64,000 nt of DNA from the NCBI GenBank assembly GCA_051362555.1, contig CM120640.1, positions 60,738,788 to 60,802,787 on the forward strand, read 5' to 3'. The DNA comes from Lingula anatina. Its lineage: Eukaryota > Animalia > Brachiopoda. A program made the position numbers and the translations under genes. Positions 1-27,679 of this stretch are shown in pieces. The number at the start of each line of letters is the position of its first letter. Within the stretch, counting starts at the first letter, position 1. The notes under the pieces are model-generated. The model was not told the DNA's origin. It was given only the letters and a program-made list of their open reading frames with translations, and ran no database searches.

Positions 1-203
1 ACCACGCGTTAGAGGGCGCACTGACCCAGCCTCGCTCTGACATTTGTTGTCAATATGGCGGACATGGATACCCACTGCAAGAAATAGAGAAGTTTAAGAC
101 AAATTTAGTATTTTGAAGGGATGTGAAGGATTTGTAAATTGTGACGCATGTACATCAGATAACTTTTCAATTTTGTATATTTGACTGCAGTATATTTGCA
201 AGA

Positions 204-10249
<10,046 letters not shown>

Positions 10250-10850
10250 ATTCTGCAAGTTTGAGCTAAGAGAATGAATGTAAACAGCATGGAACCAAGA
10301 GCAAATTTATGTATATTTGTACATAAATGTATTGTACAAAAGACTGAGAGTGAATTTTTGAATTGTTTTGTGTATTTGAAATATTTCTGGAAACTTAATA
10401 CAAATAAAATATGTTTTCAAAGTTATAAAAAAAAGTATTCCTGTTATCTGGCAAACACAACCAAGAAAAATATTATACTTAAATTGATTTTATTCCTACA
10501 AATTAAAATATACAAATAAAGAAATTATCTTTACATCTGAATGCGTTTTCCTTTATCTTTACAGAGTCCACACAAGGCGTAAATCAAAGCATTAACTAAA
10601 CAAAATTGTTGGTTTTACTAGCTTGGTGACAACAATTCTATTTTGAGTACAAAAAAGTCTTTCAGGTCAAACACTGTTTACACCTGATCAATTTCTACAT
10701 TTTGAGGCAGCTTCTACTAAAAATCCTTGAATCATTTTTTACCTTTATACTATTGTAGGTAAATCACCTCCAAACAATCTTGTAAACTGTCAAACTATTT
10801 TCACAAAACTTCTATAAAACGTACACAATGAAACTTCTGACAGTGTCTGA

Positions 10851-11067
10851 GGGGCCATTCAGGATGAGGTATGTTTACCAGTGCACACTAACTCCAATGG
10901 ACTCACTGAATGCAATTTAATAAACAGACTAACACACCGCCTCCTGGCATTGAGTCAAAGCCGGTGATTAAAACGTTGGAAACGAGAGGCAGCGTGTTAG
11001 TCGGTTTATTTGATTGCATTTAGGGAATTTGAGTGCACTAGCTAGGTTGGCCATTCTGAATGGCCCC
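10851..11067. mobile_element. Harbinger-like palindromic MITE between the WDR93 and RBM8A 3' ends
   Basis: TIRs GGGGCCATTCAGGATG / CATTCTGAATGGCCCC. Internal arms aatgcaatttaataaacagactaacac / gtgttagtcggtttatttgattgcatt. Flanks are TGA and TTA (imperfect 3-bp TSD). Confidence 0.75.
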
Positions 11068-11350
11068 TTATTACAAAACGTAGAGTATTTTTAAATTTAC
11101 TCAAATATTTTCAACAAAGAGGTTTTTGACTTCATTATTTTTCTTATATCCGTATGCTGTAAAATACCCCAATTTTTGATAACACTGGTCTGGGTCATAC
11201 TTCTTGGACTTAAACAATGCAATGATGGGTACCCATCAGCATAACAGATACTGTGTCCATCCACTCCATCCATGTACTACTTGGGGCTAATTCACCAATA
11301 ATCAGTAATCAACTGGTTATATAGAAAGTCCTTGTATATAATCAAGTCTT

Positions 11351-14162
11351 TTATCGTCTCTTATCACTACTTCGCCTTCTTCTGCTGCTGCCACTGAAAA
11401 GGCACAACAACTTGGCATTAAAGCATAGGTTGAGAAAGAAGTCCAGAATCTTTATATCAACATCGAACAATATGGTGATTGATTGGCTCTTTTTTTGTTC
11501 AAATGCTCACATCAACAAATGTACAGGTTGACATTTCACTGCATACTCTGGAAAATCCTTTAATGGTTTAAGAAATATGACTTTTTCAATACTTTGAACA
11601 ATATCACATGAAATACATGTATTTATCTATTTACCTGTTTTTCTTAGCTGTGGGGCCTCTTACAAAACACCAGTCAACACTTATTTTCTGTCCAAGTATG
11701 TCTGAACCATTTAAAGCTTCTATTGCTGATTGGGCTTCTTTGAATGTCTCGTATTCCACCAGTGCATAGCCCTTTAATAAACCAAGTAACAATATAAATC
11801 GAAAATATCTGCAGAAAGGAAATGACGTTTAGATATTTTTATATATAGACAATGTAAGTGTCTGTATATATTCTGATTAGTCTATCTGTCCGCGCCATGA
11901 CTGTCAGACACACGATGTTCATCCCATAACTTCCAAACCGTATTTTTGTTTTACTATAAATTTACAGAGTGACTTACTTTGGTAAAGAGGCCAGTTGCTA
12001 AGGAAAATCAGCATGATTGGTTTACTTTTACTGTAATTGTTCTTTTTTTTTTTTTGCACAATTTTGGTGACATTTGCCCCATAACTTCCAAACTGTATTT
12101 TTGTTTTACTTTAAATTTATTGAGTAACTTTGTTTGGCAAAGCGTCAGGTCGTTTTTGAAAATCAGCATGATCAGTTTACATTTACGGTAATTTTTTTTT
12201 TATGTGTGAAAAATGAAAATTTCACACAAAAATCTTTTTCAGTGGCTTTTATATCACATGGAATTGATTCACTTGCTAGTTTTTCAATGTCCATGTTACC
12301 TGTAGTACATAATATGAGAGGGTGAGTGATTATGCTATTTTAAAGCATTATGTAACAGTGCATCAAAATTGGTCAAAACATTATTTTGTGCACTTTTTCT
12401 ACATAATATCTGAACATTTGCCAGCTTTGGTGGCTTGTTTCTTGTATGGTGTCTGTATGTTTGCCAGCATTGTTGTCTAGTTTTTGTTTATTTGAGACTC
12501 TAAATGTCATATCCAACCTTTTTTATTTATTTATTTTACTTTATCCTTTTTTTTTTTAAATCTCATTAAGTTCTATTCGCATATCCTATATTATATATCA
12601 AAATTTTAATTTGTAAATTTTATTCTCACTCCATTTTATGTATAACTTCAACCTTTTGGTTGCCATGTCTTAATAAACTTACTTACTTACTTAAACCTCT
12701 ACGACATATACTTACTTTAAGGAAACCAGTTCTTCTATCAAGGTTTAGATGAATGTTCTTTATTTCTCCATACTCTGAGAATTTATCATATATATCATCT
12801 TCCTGTGCTTCCTCATGTACCCCTGTGACAAACAGGATCCATCCTTCTACAGCTAAAAAAAATCATTAATTATTGTTGAATATAAGATATTAATTCAAAA
12901 GAAAAATGTATAAAAAGCATGTGATCATAAAACATGATATTCTTTTTCTATATGTACATGTTTTGTAAAATAAGTATTTTTTGTCTGAAATAGGTTAATA
13001 ACTGTTCCTAATTGGTTGTTTGACTCACATCTCTGAGGTCCAGGACCCCCTTCTTCATCCACATCCATGGCCTCATAATCTTCTACATTTGTTCTGGTTG
13101 CTCCATCTAAAACAAAAGAAAATGATAAAACTCCAAAAACATACATTGCCAAAATACTGCTCTCAGTTTGAATATAGATAATCTGTCTTAAAGTTTTACT
13201 CCTTATCTTGAATATATAACAAATCAAATCACAGACCCAAATACACCGATTAAATGTATGAAGCTTTAAAACCAATGACCTCTGGAAAACTGTGAAAACT
13301 CATATACTGTGAAAATTCAAACTTGATGAATACTACTTTAATATTAATAGGAGAGAATATTACTTTAATATGGGAAGGTATGTGACGAAAGAGAAAACCC
13401 ATACCTGATCCAAACCCTCTTCCTTTCCTTTTCCTGGCCTTTTCCTTCAGTTTTTGTAGCCCCTCTTCAAAATAAATAATTGAATAGATTAATCAATTAA
13501 TAGCCTTATATTTTCACTAGTATTGCATGGCCTAAATAACATTAACTCAAAGAAAAATATCAAATAAATGCATCCTTAACTTAGACTTACAATGACAGGT
13601 TACAGATTTATGTATAAATATACACACAAAAGTAAGCACACAGTATGTGCATCACTGTTAGTCAGTTCAGCAACTTGTATCTAGACTAAAATCACTTCAT
13701 TTAACCATTTAACATGTATCAAAAATAAACAAAACACATGTTATATATCACTGAAGTTGTTCGTCAGTTCAGCAACTTGTATCTAGACTAAAATCACTTC
13801 ATTTAACCATTTTACATGTATCAAAAATAAACAAACCACACATGTTATATGTAATCAATGTTATTAACAACAAAAATACCACAGCAGTAATTTCGTAGTG
13901 AGTTCTGTAATCTTAATAAGTCAAGATTTTTATTTCAATGAAGGGAGACGAGTCCGGCCGAGTCAGGTTCACGGCACAGACAAACGTGAAAGCACTCAAA
14001 TAAATACATTATCTGTTGCACTACAATGAACTCAATAATTTTTGCAATAGGAGAACTACTTTTGAATCTTTGCAAGATGATCGGTTTTTACTTACGATCT
14101 CCTTCTTCGTCAACTTCGAATTCCTCATTCGCCTCTTGAAGATCAACAATGTCGTCCGCCAT
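11351..14162 (-). CDS. RBM8A: RNA-binding protein 8A (Y14, exon junction complex core), 6 exons
   Basis: Exons 14162-14096, 13464-13405, 13106-13029, 12852-12716, 11771-11635, 11393-11351. They translate to [40 protein letters not shown]...[21 protein letters not shown]...[21 protein letters not shown]...VDWCFVRGP, the diagnostic Y14 RRM. Confidence 0.97.
11838..12482 (+). mobile_element. Helentron-associated non-autonomous element (HINE-like) in RBM8A intron 4
   Basis: A T-run, then a short subterminal inverted repeat (tatatagaca...tgtctgtatata), an internal duplicated unit (cccataacttccaaac...aaaatcagcatgat, twice) and the 3' end tttgccagcattgttgtctagtt. It shares blocks with the element at 39229-40416. 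Confidence 0.65.
13661..13850. repeat. Tandem duplication of about 100 bp in RBM8A intron 1
   Basis: gtcagttcagcaacttgtatctagactaaaatcacttcatttaaccattt...catgttatat occurs twice, near-identically (starting at 13661 and about 13763). Confidence 0.9.
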
Positions 14163-14442
14163 TTTCCGCGTGCGTTCAACGCCGAAATGGGAGAAAATTG
14201 CATCCAGATGGAAATAGCAACATAACTTCATGTATTCTATGTTCAGAATTTTAAAAAAATGCTCTCTTAACAACCAAAAAATTGTGCTTTGAATTAAATG
14301 AAACTAAACTAGTGGGTGGGACATTTCCATTTTTCATACTGCTAATATTAGTGTTGTCACTGTTCAAAGCTTCTCTTGCCACGTGACAAAACCAGAAAAG
14401 CAGCCGGAAAAGAAGGAGGAAGAAAGCACGGAAAGAGGGAAG
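14163..14442. promoter_or_regulatory. Putative bidirectional promoter RBM8A / ZNF710-like
   Basis: Locally CpG-rich; YY1-like AAAATGGCG at the RBM8A ATG; E-box GCCACGTGAC at 14378-14387; plus-strand donor AAG|GTAAGA after 14442 marking a likely non-coding exon 1 of the zinc-finger gene. Confidence 0.6.
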
Positions 14443-15176
14443 GTAAGAATTATTTTGTCAGAATATATTTTTTGTTTTAATTTAAAGCAATACATTTGTT
14501 TCTTTATTTTATGCATATTCTCATGGTGTTTTCTCTCTTTATTTGCTCCATAGACTTGTTTTAGTGGATTACTCGACATTCTTTTTTCCTTTGTTGACGT
14601 TCTTTCGTTCTCTCACTCCGCCATCTTGCCTTCTTTTCATTGACCCAATTATTATAGATATGAACCTTACATTTTAAGAAATAAGTTAAATGTAACAACC
14701 ATTGTCATTAATTCTTTGAATTTTGAACGGTGACAAAACAAGGTTACAGGCAAGTGTCATGTAAGAACTGGTGAATTTGAACCTGTTTTCTTCTTGAAAT
14801 GACTGAAATAGCATTGATTATAGAGGGGTCACTTTCGCAATTCATCACCTTTAAATTAATTTTATGGCATGGATATGGTCTGCTTTTAAAATACTTCTCT
14901 GGTAATTGAAATCAGTATATTGTTATGTTTCTCTTAATTTTTATATTTGTTTCATGCAAAGATAATAAGTAATTTGTCTTTTCAAAATTGCATTGCACCA
15001 TCATTTCTGTCCATAGGCCTATCATTTGGTGTCTTTCAGTTTCACCTGGAATTTATTTCGATGTGTCATTTGCAGTTTTACTTTCATCACTCAGTGTTTA
15101 AATGGTCATCTGATTGCCTGTATGAATAAAAGGAAATTGACTCAAGTACTTATCTGTTTCAGAAATCTCTGCAGCC

Positions 15177-18100
15177 ATGGATGGATTTCCAGGAGATGAT
15201 TTGGGTCAGTTAGATTTCAGCTGTCCTTTAGTACAAGACTCAGATCCTGTTCCACCATATATGCACATAGGTCATGGGGGACAAAGACATAGATACAGAG
15301 AGGGCATGTTTCCATCACCTCTCTACTTGCCAGATTACTCATCTGACTTAGGCATGGACCCTGGTTTTCATGGAAATAGAGGTATGATTGTTCAGCTGAA
15401 TAATTCAGAATTAAAATTTATGCCAGAGTCAGAATTAGGAAGTGATTTATGTAGTATATCAAGACTTCATACTATGCATTCTGCTAGTCCATAATCCAGT
15501 ACATTTATATTCGGATGTCATATAACAACTAGTGCTTAACATGTTGCATATACATAACAATTTAGAAAAAGTGATGGAGCTTCACTTCTGATAAGTTCTA
15601 TGGTATGACTGCTTTGTTATTATTATATGTTGTCAACTTGTCACCATGCAACTTTTGTCTTGTTTAATTTTTGGAATGTTGATTTCAAAATTAAATGTTT
15701 TGATAGTTAAAATTTATCATTAATTCAATAGAAATTAATTATTTTGGTTTGTAATAATAAAGCAAATAAACACACTAATACAATAACAAAGCAAATAGTT
15801 ATTTGGTTTGTTAATTTCAGGAATGGGTCCATCATTTGATTCTATTGGGCCAACTCCCGGCTTTGGCTATGGTCTGGATGCCTCTATGAGAAGTACTCTT
15901 GGGTCAGCTGGGAGCATGCATGGCAGTGTATCCAGCTTTGTGACCAAACCACGCTTTGAAGATAAGACTGTGCCTAGGAAGGTTGGTCCTCCATTAATGC
16001 CTCCTCATCTTATTCAGCCTAATGAAGATGATAATGCACAGAAAGTCATGAATGCTATCCGCCATTTTGAAAAGCGATATAAAGAGCGGGATAATAAAAG
16101 AGACATTTATAACAGATCATCAGATCAAACTATTTCTCAGCATCCACCCAAAAGAATACCCTTTCCTGAAGAAGTTGGCTGTGGTTCAGGACAAACTATA
16201 AATGATGCTCCAAGTGGATTAGGTACAAATCAATTAGAAAACAGGCATCAAATAGTAGATCAAGTCCCAGCATCAGAGAATTGGCCAAGAAAAACAGAAA
16301 TGGACATGGAGACAGCTGGTGGCTTGGACAAATCTTATAGGTCAGACAGAGGAGAAGAAAACTTAGAGTTTTCACATAAGAAAAATGAATCAAAGAAAGA
16401 AAAGAACACTAATGATAAACAGTCTGATGAGGAATATAGTAATTATAGTGATTCAGATTCAGGAGGAGAAAGTGCACAGGAGGAAGTGAACCAAGAAGAT
16501 GAAAAAACACAATCCTCAGAAACAAAAAATCCTTCACAAATCCAAGAGCCTGCAAATGATAGCAGTGACAGCATGGTTATTAAGAAATCCCCAACTAAAA
16601 TACTGAAACCATTCAAGAAGCGTGAGGCCCATTACAAACGCAAACTGTCTTCTTCTGAACAAAAGGAGCAAGAAGATGAGCTTGATGATTTAATGGTTAT
16701 GTCCAGCTTGCCTATTGACAGAATGGAAGTAAATGTTCAGATATCGGATGATCAGCTTGTGACCATGGGTGACCAAAAACGTTGGAAGTGTAACATGTGT
16801 GAAAAAACTTATACCACAAAACATAACCTTGTAACTCATGTCCTAGGACACAATGGCATCAAACCACATTGCTGTTTAGTATGTGGACGTCTCTTTAAAC
16901 AACTAAGTCACTTACATACCCACATGTTGACTCACACAAATTCCAGACCTCATAGCTGTGAGAAGTGTGGAAAGTCTTTCACTCAAGTAAGCCATCTGAA
17001 GCGCCATATGGCAACCCACATGGACACTAAACCTCATCAGTGTGATCATTGTGGTAGAGGATTTGCCTATCCTAGCGAGCTAAGAATACACATAGAGCAT
17101 CAGCACATTAATAAGCCAAAGTAAGCTACTGATTATCATTAATTTGAGATTGCATCATTTGTAAACACCAGTCTGTGGAATCCCATACATTTGCATTCTT
17201 TATATTCCATACCCTGCATTAGAAACGTTTTTCTTATTGAAATATTTCTATATTAGAAATGTTAATTATATTTTATCAGAAACATATAAACTATATCCAG
17301 TTTATACCAGTTGTTTATGCGTCAGATTTAAAAACTTGTTTTAGAAAAGAAGAACCTGGAAATGCATCAGGAACAGATGAAGACTCAAAGGATCCCAGTC
17401 CAGGAAAAAAGAGAGGTATTAAGATGGATCATAAGTGCACTGAATGTGACAGAGTTTTCCATTACCCCAGCCAGTTGCGGGACCATATGCTGAAGCATTC
17501 TGGAAAAAGGCCTTTCATTTGTAAAGAGTGTGGAATGGATTTTATGAAGGTAGATTTAGATAGCTTAGTACCTTGCTTGAACACAAATAAAAAAGCCAAA
17601 TTAATGAATAACTCTCAATATTACTTATGTTGGGAAAATTTAATTCTGTTCATATTATGTGTATGTTAATATATACTTTGTACAATTTTTTTTAAGTTTA
17701 AAGTGTGTAAAATTATTTAACATTCTCAAGATGTGAAAAATTTGAAAAACTTTAAAGATGATTTTATTACTTTTGAGAATACATTGCTTTTGTTTTAGGA
17801 GCATCACTTGAAAGCACATCAATTTACTCACAGTGGTCTAAAACCACACAAATGTCCAGTCTGTGACAGGGCATTTAATCAGAAAGCCAACATGGTTCGT
17901 CATCAGCTTCTTCATGACCAAGACCGCAAATTTAAATGTGACAAATGTGATCGGATGTTCTCGCAGCCGCAAACACTCAAAGCTCATCAGGTGGTTCATG
18001 CTGATGAAAAGCCTTTTAAGTGCAATGTTTGTGGTAAGTTGACATATAATAAGAAAAAGGAGCAGTAAAGCTTGGTAAAGCTAAATTCCCTAATATGTTT

Positions 18101-19188
18101 GAAGGGTATGGTAAGCAGTTATCATGTATCGTACTTTTCTGGGGTCAGGGTAATAGATTTTTTCCTTGTCATTTGTGCCTTTGGATAGGACTAAGACGTA
18201 GCTTTAGCTTTCAGAGGGCAGAAGACTTGGTTCAAAGCATGGCATATGGGTTTTCGCACATTCATAGTCTCACAGAGTATGTCATTTATTTTAGCATTTC
18301 CTGGTTACAAAAAATATTACTGACAAGAACAGCAATTATAGTGTCAAAGCTGAATATAGTGTTTGCTAGAAAAACTTATTTTAATAGCACTGATAGTTTA
18401 TATAGCTGAAGAAAAATGCACATGTATGAATGCATTATTTTACAGGAAAGCAGTTTGGAAGAGTTCATAACTTACAGGGTCATATGTACATGCATGAAGG
18501 GAACAAGCCACATGTCTGCTTTTGTGGAAGTTCTTTTACAATGAAAGGTAAAACATGTTATCTTATCGTAAATATTATATAATTTGCATATGAGAAACTC
18601 AAACATACATTTAATATAGATGAATACTTAATATAATATACAGTATTTAAGATAGATGAATCAGGTGATATGGTCCTTATTAATTTGCCAGGAAACTTAC
18701 ACAGGCATCAAAAGGGAAAGCATGGAATGAAGATTCCAGATACAGAGACATGTACTCCAGAAGAAGCTGCCCTTATTTTGTCAGAAATGGGTGAAAATGC
18801 CCAAAGCAGGAAAGAGCAAGAAGATGATGAAGAGAGTAACACTGGTGATGCTCAATCTCCTAACAGAGGGAAAAGAAAGAGCCGTAAACCTCGTAAAAAG
18901 AGAAAGGAGAGTCTAGAAGAAGAGGATCTAGAGGATGAAGATTGGGGTGAATATGTTGGAGCAAAACTTCCAAGAAAACGTAGAGGCAGCCCTGATAAAT
19001 CAGATGGGAAGTGTTCAAAATACTTTAAGGAGAAACGGTCTCAAATTGATAGTGCCAAATCAGATGAGGATGACGATGAAAGTACCTTTCAAAAAAATGA
19101 ATCTCGACATCGGTATCAACATAAAAAAGTTGACCTTGCTAAAATCATACAGAAGAAATTAAGCAGGTCAAATGAAGATAGTGACTGA
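15177..19188 (+). CDS. ZNF710: C2H2 zinc-finger transcription factor, ZNF710/ZNF366 (DC-SCRIPT) family, 10 fingers
   Basis: Coding exons 15177-15381, 15821-17120, 17345-17549, 17799-18033, 18446-18547, 18692-19188. Signatures VNVQISDDQLVTMGDQKRWKCNMCEKTYTTKHNLVTHVLGHNGIKPH, CGRGFAYPSEL and KGNLHRHQKGKHG match ZNF710/ZNF366. It is probably a co-ortholog of both. Confidence 0.88.
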
Positions 19189-20738
19189 AAGTGATTTCTG
19201 TAAAATGAAAGAAGTTGTGCTGTGAAATGTTTATGAATTTAAAAAATGCTGTTTTTCAATTGCAGATAAGGTGACAAAGTGTAGGATTATAAACACATTA
19301 AGTGCATTACCCACATTGGACTTTTGAGGACAGGTAATACTCTTTGATCACATTTCAACAGATAAATGCCACAATTTAATTTTGCAAATAATTATCAAAT
19401 TTGCTGAATCCTGATGAAACTCAATCATTAGTTTTATATCTCGCACAATCCAAATTTCTCAGAATATAACAATATGAAGGCAAGTGTCAGGAAAAGAGGA
19501 TCAAAGGTGCTTTAGGCAGAGGAAAATATTGGTTACTGCCGGGAATTTTTTTTTTTTTAGGAAAACCCTACACTGTGTACCTTAAATGCTAGCTTGGTGC
19601 TTTTGTAACAAGGACAGTATTGATATGTAATAGACTTTACATGTTACAACTTAGATTGAATCAAAAATATTTGTATGTTATTGGTCATGTTGAGGTGTAA
19701 TGAAAAAGTTTGTGCATGACATTTGGACAAATATTCTGTCAGATGTTCATCCACTAAAATTGCATCATGAGCAAATGAATGTTGCCATTACATTTTCCTT
19801 TCAAATACATATTTTGTGAGATTAATGAATTCTTTCATATTTTACGCATGTACTTTTGTGCAACATCACTTTGCTGCAACGTACTTAATGAGAAGTTGAA
19901 AATATTAATTTACAAGTTAATATTCAGCTTGATAAACTTGCCTAAAAGAAATCAATTTCTTTTTTATATGAGGTGAACTTGGATTTCTACAGAATTGCTA
20001 ATAATTGGTCATAAACCTAAAAAGGCAGTTAAATATTTTGTACCAGGGCAGAAATGGAACAATTTATCAGTCCAGCCCAGCTGTTGAGTTGGTGAAAATA
20101 GTATTTTAATTCAATTTGTCATTTTTTTTTTTTTTTGCACCTATAAAAGGGGTTGGGACCAAATTTTTTAAAATAATTGGGCCACCTGCCTGACAACATG
20201 AAAAAAGCAAAAAATAAACTATATCCGAGTAGAAGATAGTCACCGATTTGTCCTCCCAGCGCAAAATTTTTCAAAAATAAAAAAAGGAAAAGCAAGTTTT
20301 TTCTATCCTACATATACAATGCTTCTATCCAACTTAAATGATTTGAAAAGGCATAAAGAGGTGCATTCATGCACCTTCCATTTTTTTTTTTCAAACTTAA
20401 AACCATTAAAAGGTCATGGATACATGAAACCTTTTTCGCAATCTGCCCTTTGCAGTGCACATGCTAACTCTCTTTATTTCAACATTGTTTACACATTTGA
20501 AGGGAACTTTCACAATATGGTAAATGCAAAATTGTCTCTTCTTGTTTTTAACTGCAGTGGATACTCATTTTAACATCAATGTTCATAGCACTACAACTGC
20601 TGGCAACATCCTTAAGTAACTGGAGAGCCAAGGTACAGATGGCTTTGAACATACCACCAACACCATATTTCACGTATCTACTACAATGTTAATCTTAACA
20701 GCTCACTTATTGTCTCATTACATCTGTATCAGCATAAA

Positions 20739-25588
<4,850 letters not shown>

Positions 25589-25669
25589 CTTGGAGTCACG
25601 TGATACGCAGCGCGCAAGTTGATGACGTACTGCACTTCGGCGTGTCGTTCTCATGTGCAGGGGGTGAGT
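25589..25669. promoter_or_regulatory. Very compact putative bidirectional promoter PSMC3 / MRPS16
   Basis: CpG-rich patch with YY1-type AAGATGGCG over the PSMC3 ATG, E-box GTCACGTGAT at 25595-25604, GCGCGC, CRE-like TGACGTA at 25623-25629, and a plus-strand donor GTGAGT at 25664 that can join the acceptor at 28471 before the MRPS16 ATG. Confidence 0.6.
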
Positions 25670-25858
25670 AGTTTTGATTTGTCTCTCACTTTCATATATC
25701 TGCGAATCTTTTAAATGATTTATAATGTCAAAGAAAAGGGCACCGGTGAAAATAGATCAGCGTGCAAACAAGTTATGACAATTTGACCATGCACCATGAT
25801 ATAAATTACAATTAAATTTACTGGAACCCATGCACTTCTACCCATTTAATATTTATAG

Positions 25859-26113
25859 TAGACTGGGTTCCCATGCCTTGATCGATCCATCTGGATCGGT
25901 CTAATTCCCTGGGGAGTCTCACTAAATTGCTATGAACTAAACCGGCTTAAATGTCTGTCACGCCTACCGAATCAGCCAGAGGGTTAGATAATTACCCCCT
26001 AACAGCTTTACTAGGCGTGACAGACATTTATAGTAAGCTAGCCAAGTTGATAGCAATTAAGTGAGACTCCCCAGGTAATAGAGCGATCCAAATATCTGTG
26101 GGAATGGTCCTGT
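25859..26113 (+). mobile_element. Foldback (hairpin) interspersed element, copy B
   Basis: Nested stems: ggatcggtcta / tagagcgatcc; cctggggagtctcactaaattgctat / atagcaattaagtgagactccccagg; taaatgtctgtcacgccta / taggcgtgacagacattta. Confidence 0.8.
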
Positions 26114-26737
26114 AGACATAAAATTTAGCAAAACTGTCTTAGACTTGAAACCACCGAAGACGCGAAGACATTATAGTTTGCTCACCATCCGCTACTCTTT
26201 TAGAGCAGCACCATTTAGAGACCTGCAGCCACTTTGTCTCCTGTCGTGTTTACGTCATATAGACCTAGCAGACCTTGCAACAAACATGTTAATCAATTCA
26301 AATTCCGAATTTTCAATGACATCTGAGAACTTGTGTCGAGTTTTCTGCCTTGTTCGTAAAATTGTTTGTGTTCATAAATATGACATGCTAGGTACTTAAC
26401 TGCAGTTGACACGTAGCATGTAAGACCAAAATCTCAGGCCCACCTGAAGGCAAAAGGAAAAGTATATCCACCATAAAATTTATTAAAAAATTTTTTTTAA
26501 ATTTATTTCTTGCTTACCTTAATTTTCTGCTTAACAAGTTACAAATTACTAGCACCAAATTCATGGGTTAGTACTGATATTTAAGGTAGGGTCCACACAT
26601 GATATTTTTTCTAATTAAGCCCAAGACTTGAAATTTAATACACTGATAGCTGCATATCTGACTGAATAAACCATTAGAATATTTGGTCTACAATGTATCG
26701 CATTGATCAAAAGTCATTCAAGTATTAGTGACAAAAG

Positions 26738-26955
26738 GTTTCCTCCCCAGAGATTTAGATTGATCTAGAGATTAAGATTTAGATCGACCTAACTCCCTGG
26801 GGGTTCACGCTAAATTGCAGTCAGCCAAGCGGGCACCATAGTTAATACCCCCTTACAGCTTTTAGTAGGTGGGACAGACACTTAAGCCGGCCAAGCTGAC
26901 AGTAATCTAGTGAGACTCCCCACAGGGATAGATCGATCTAAAAATCTATGGAAAT
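26738..26955 (+). mobile_element. Foldback (hairpin) interspersed element, copy C (internally deleted)
   Basis: Shares ccctggggg...ctaaattgc, ccccttacagctttt-agtagg-gacagaca and agtgagactcccca with copy B; outer stem agatcga...tcgatct. Confidence 0.7.
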
Positions 26956-27438
26956 GGGGTGAAAATGTCTGTCATTTTTTAAAAGCCACTCTCAAAAATG
27001 AGTCTTAAGTTGGTCCACTTGATTTTCACCCACTAAATAATGTCATTGAACCTTGAAATTTGCCAGGTAAGAATAGAGGAGACAGGCATGAACATACAGT
27101 TTAAATTTTGATTCTAGGATTTTTCCCCCGAGTAGAGAAATGTCTTTGTGAAGTAGGCAAAGTGATAGAATTTTGGGCCACAGGTGCATACAATATAGGA
27201 AATACAATTTGATACAGTGCATCTTCCAAAGTGTGCAGTTAAGTCAAAACATTGCCCATGTGGTAGTACATGTACCACCTGTTCTTAGTCATGTTTCTAC
27301 ACAGTCAGTCCCCAAGTCAGTAGTTACAAAGCAGCATGCAATGTAAAAAGGGTTAGAAATCTTATACTCTGGAGGCTGGAGGCTTTTTATGGCAATATGT
27401 GTAAACATACAACTAGCACCACCTGTTATCATCTGCTG

Positions 27439-27679
27439 CTCCTTATTAACGGTTTCTTATATGAACTAGCTGTTCTAAAGCATGAGAGCAAAGGCTTCAA
27501 AAAGAGTAAATGAAAACCAGTTTGTGCATCCACCATGATGTGGGAGCTCCCATATATTTTATCTTACATGTACATCTCAACTCCTCAATTTGCATACTCC
27601 TGTAAAGCCAACTAGTTTTCACATGGACGGAGCTTTAGAACAGCCAGTACATATCAGAAACTGCTAATAGGAGTGCTTA
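27439..27679. mobile_element. Degenerate MITE with TIRs of about 42 bp, possibly piggyBac-like
   Basis: ctccttattaacggtttcttatatgaactagctgttctaaagc versus gctttagaacagccagtacatatcagaaactgctaataggag. A further TIR-like copy preceded by TTAA lies at about 27914-27950. Confidence 0.55.

Noticed and set aside
13661-13850. Duplicated intronic unit as tandem C/D snoRNAs or a CRISPR-like array
   Set aside because: There is no RUGAUGA C box on the sense strand, only two copies, and no unique spacers; it is a simple local duplication.
20043-20270. Possible hAT MITE remnant between ZNF710-like and PSMC3
   Set aside because: It starts CAGGG but has no convincing partner TIR or TSD.
25622-25663. Upstream ATGs as an N-terminal mitochondrial presequence exon for MRPS16
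   Set aside because: Splicing from the 25664 donor to 28472 would need phase 1; ATG 25622 gives phase 0 and ATG 25653 gives phase 2.
26581-27130. Possible Kolobok-like element beginning TTAAGGTAGG and surrounding foldback copy C
   Set aside because: I could not identify a matching right TIR or TTAA duplication, so it is left uncalled.
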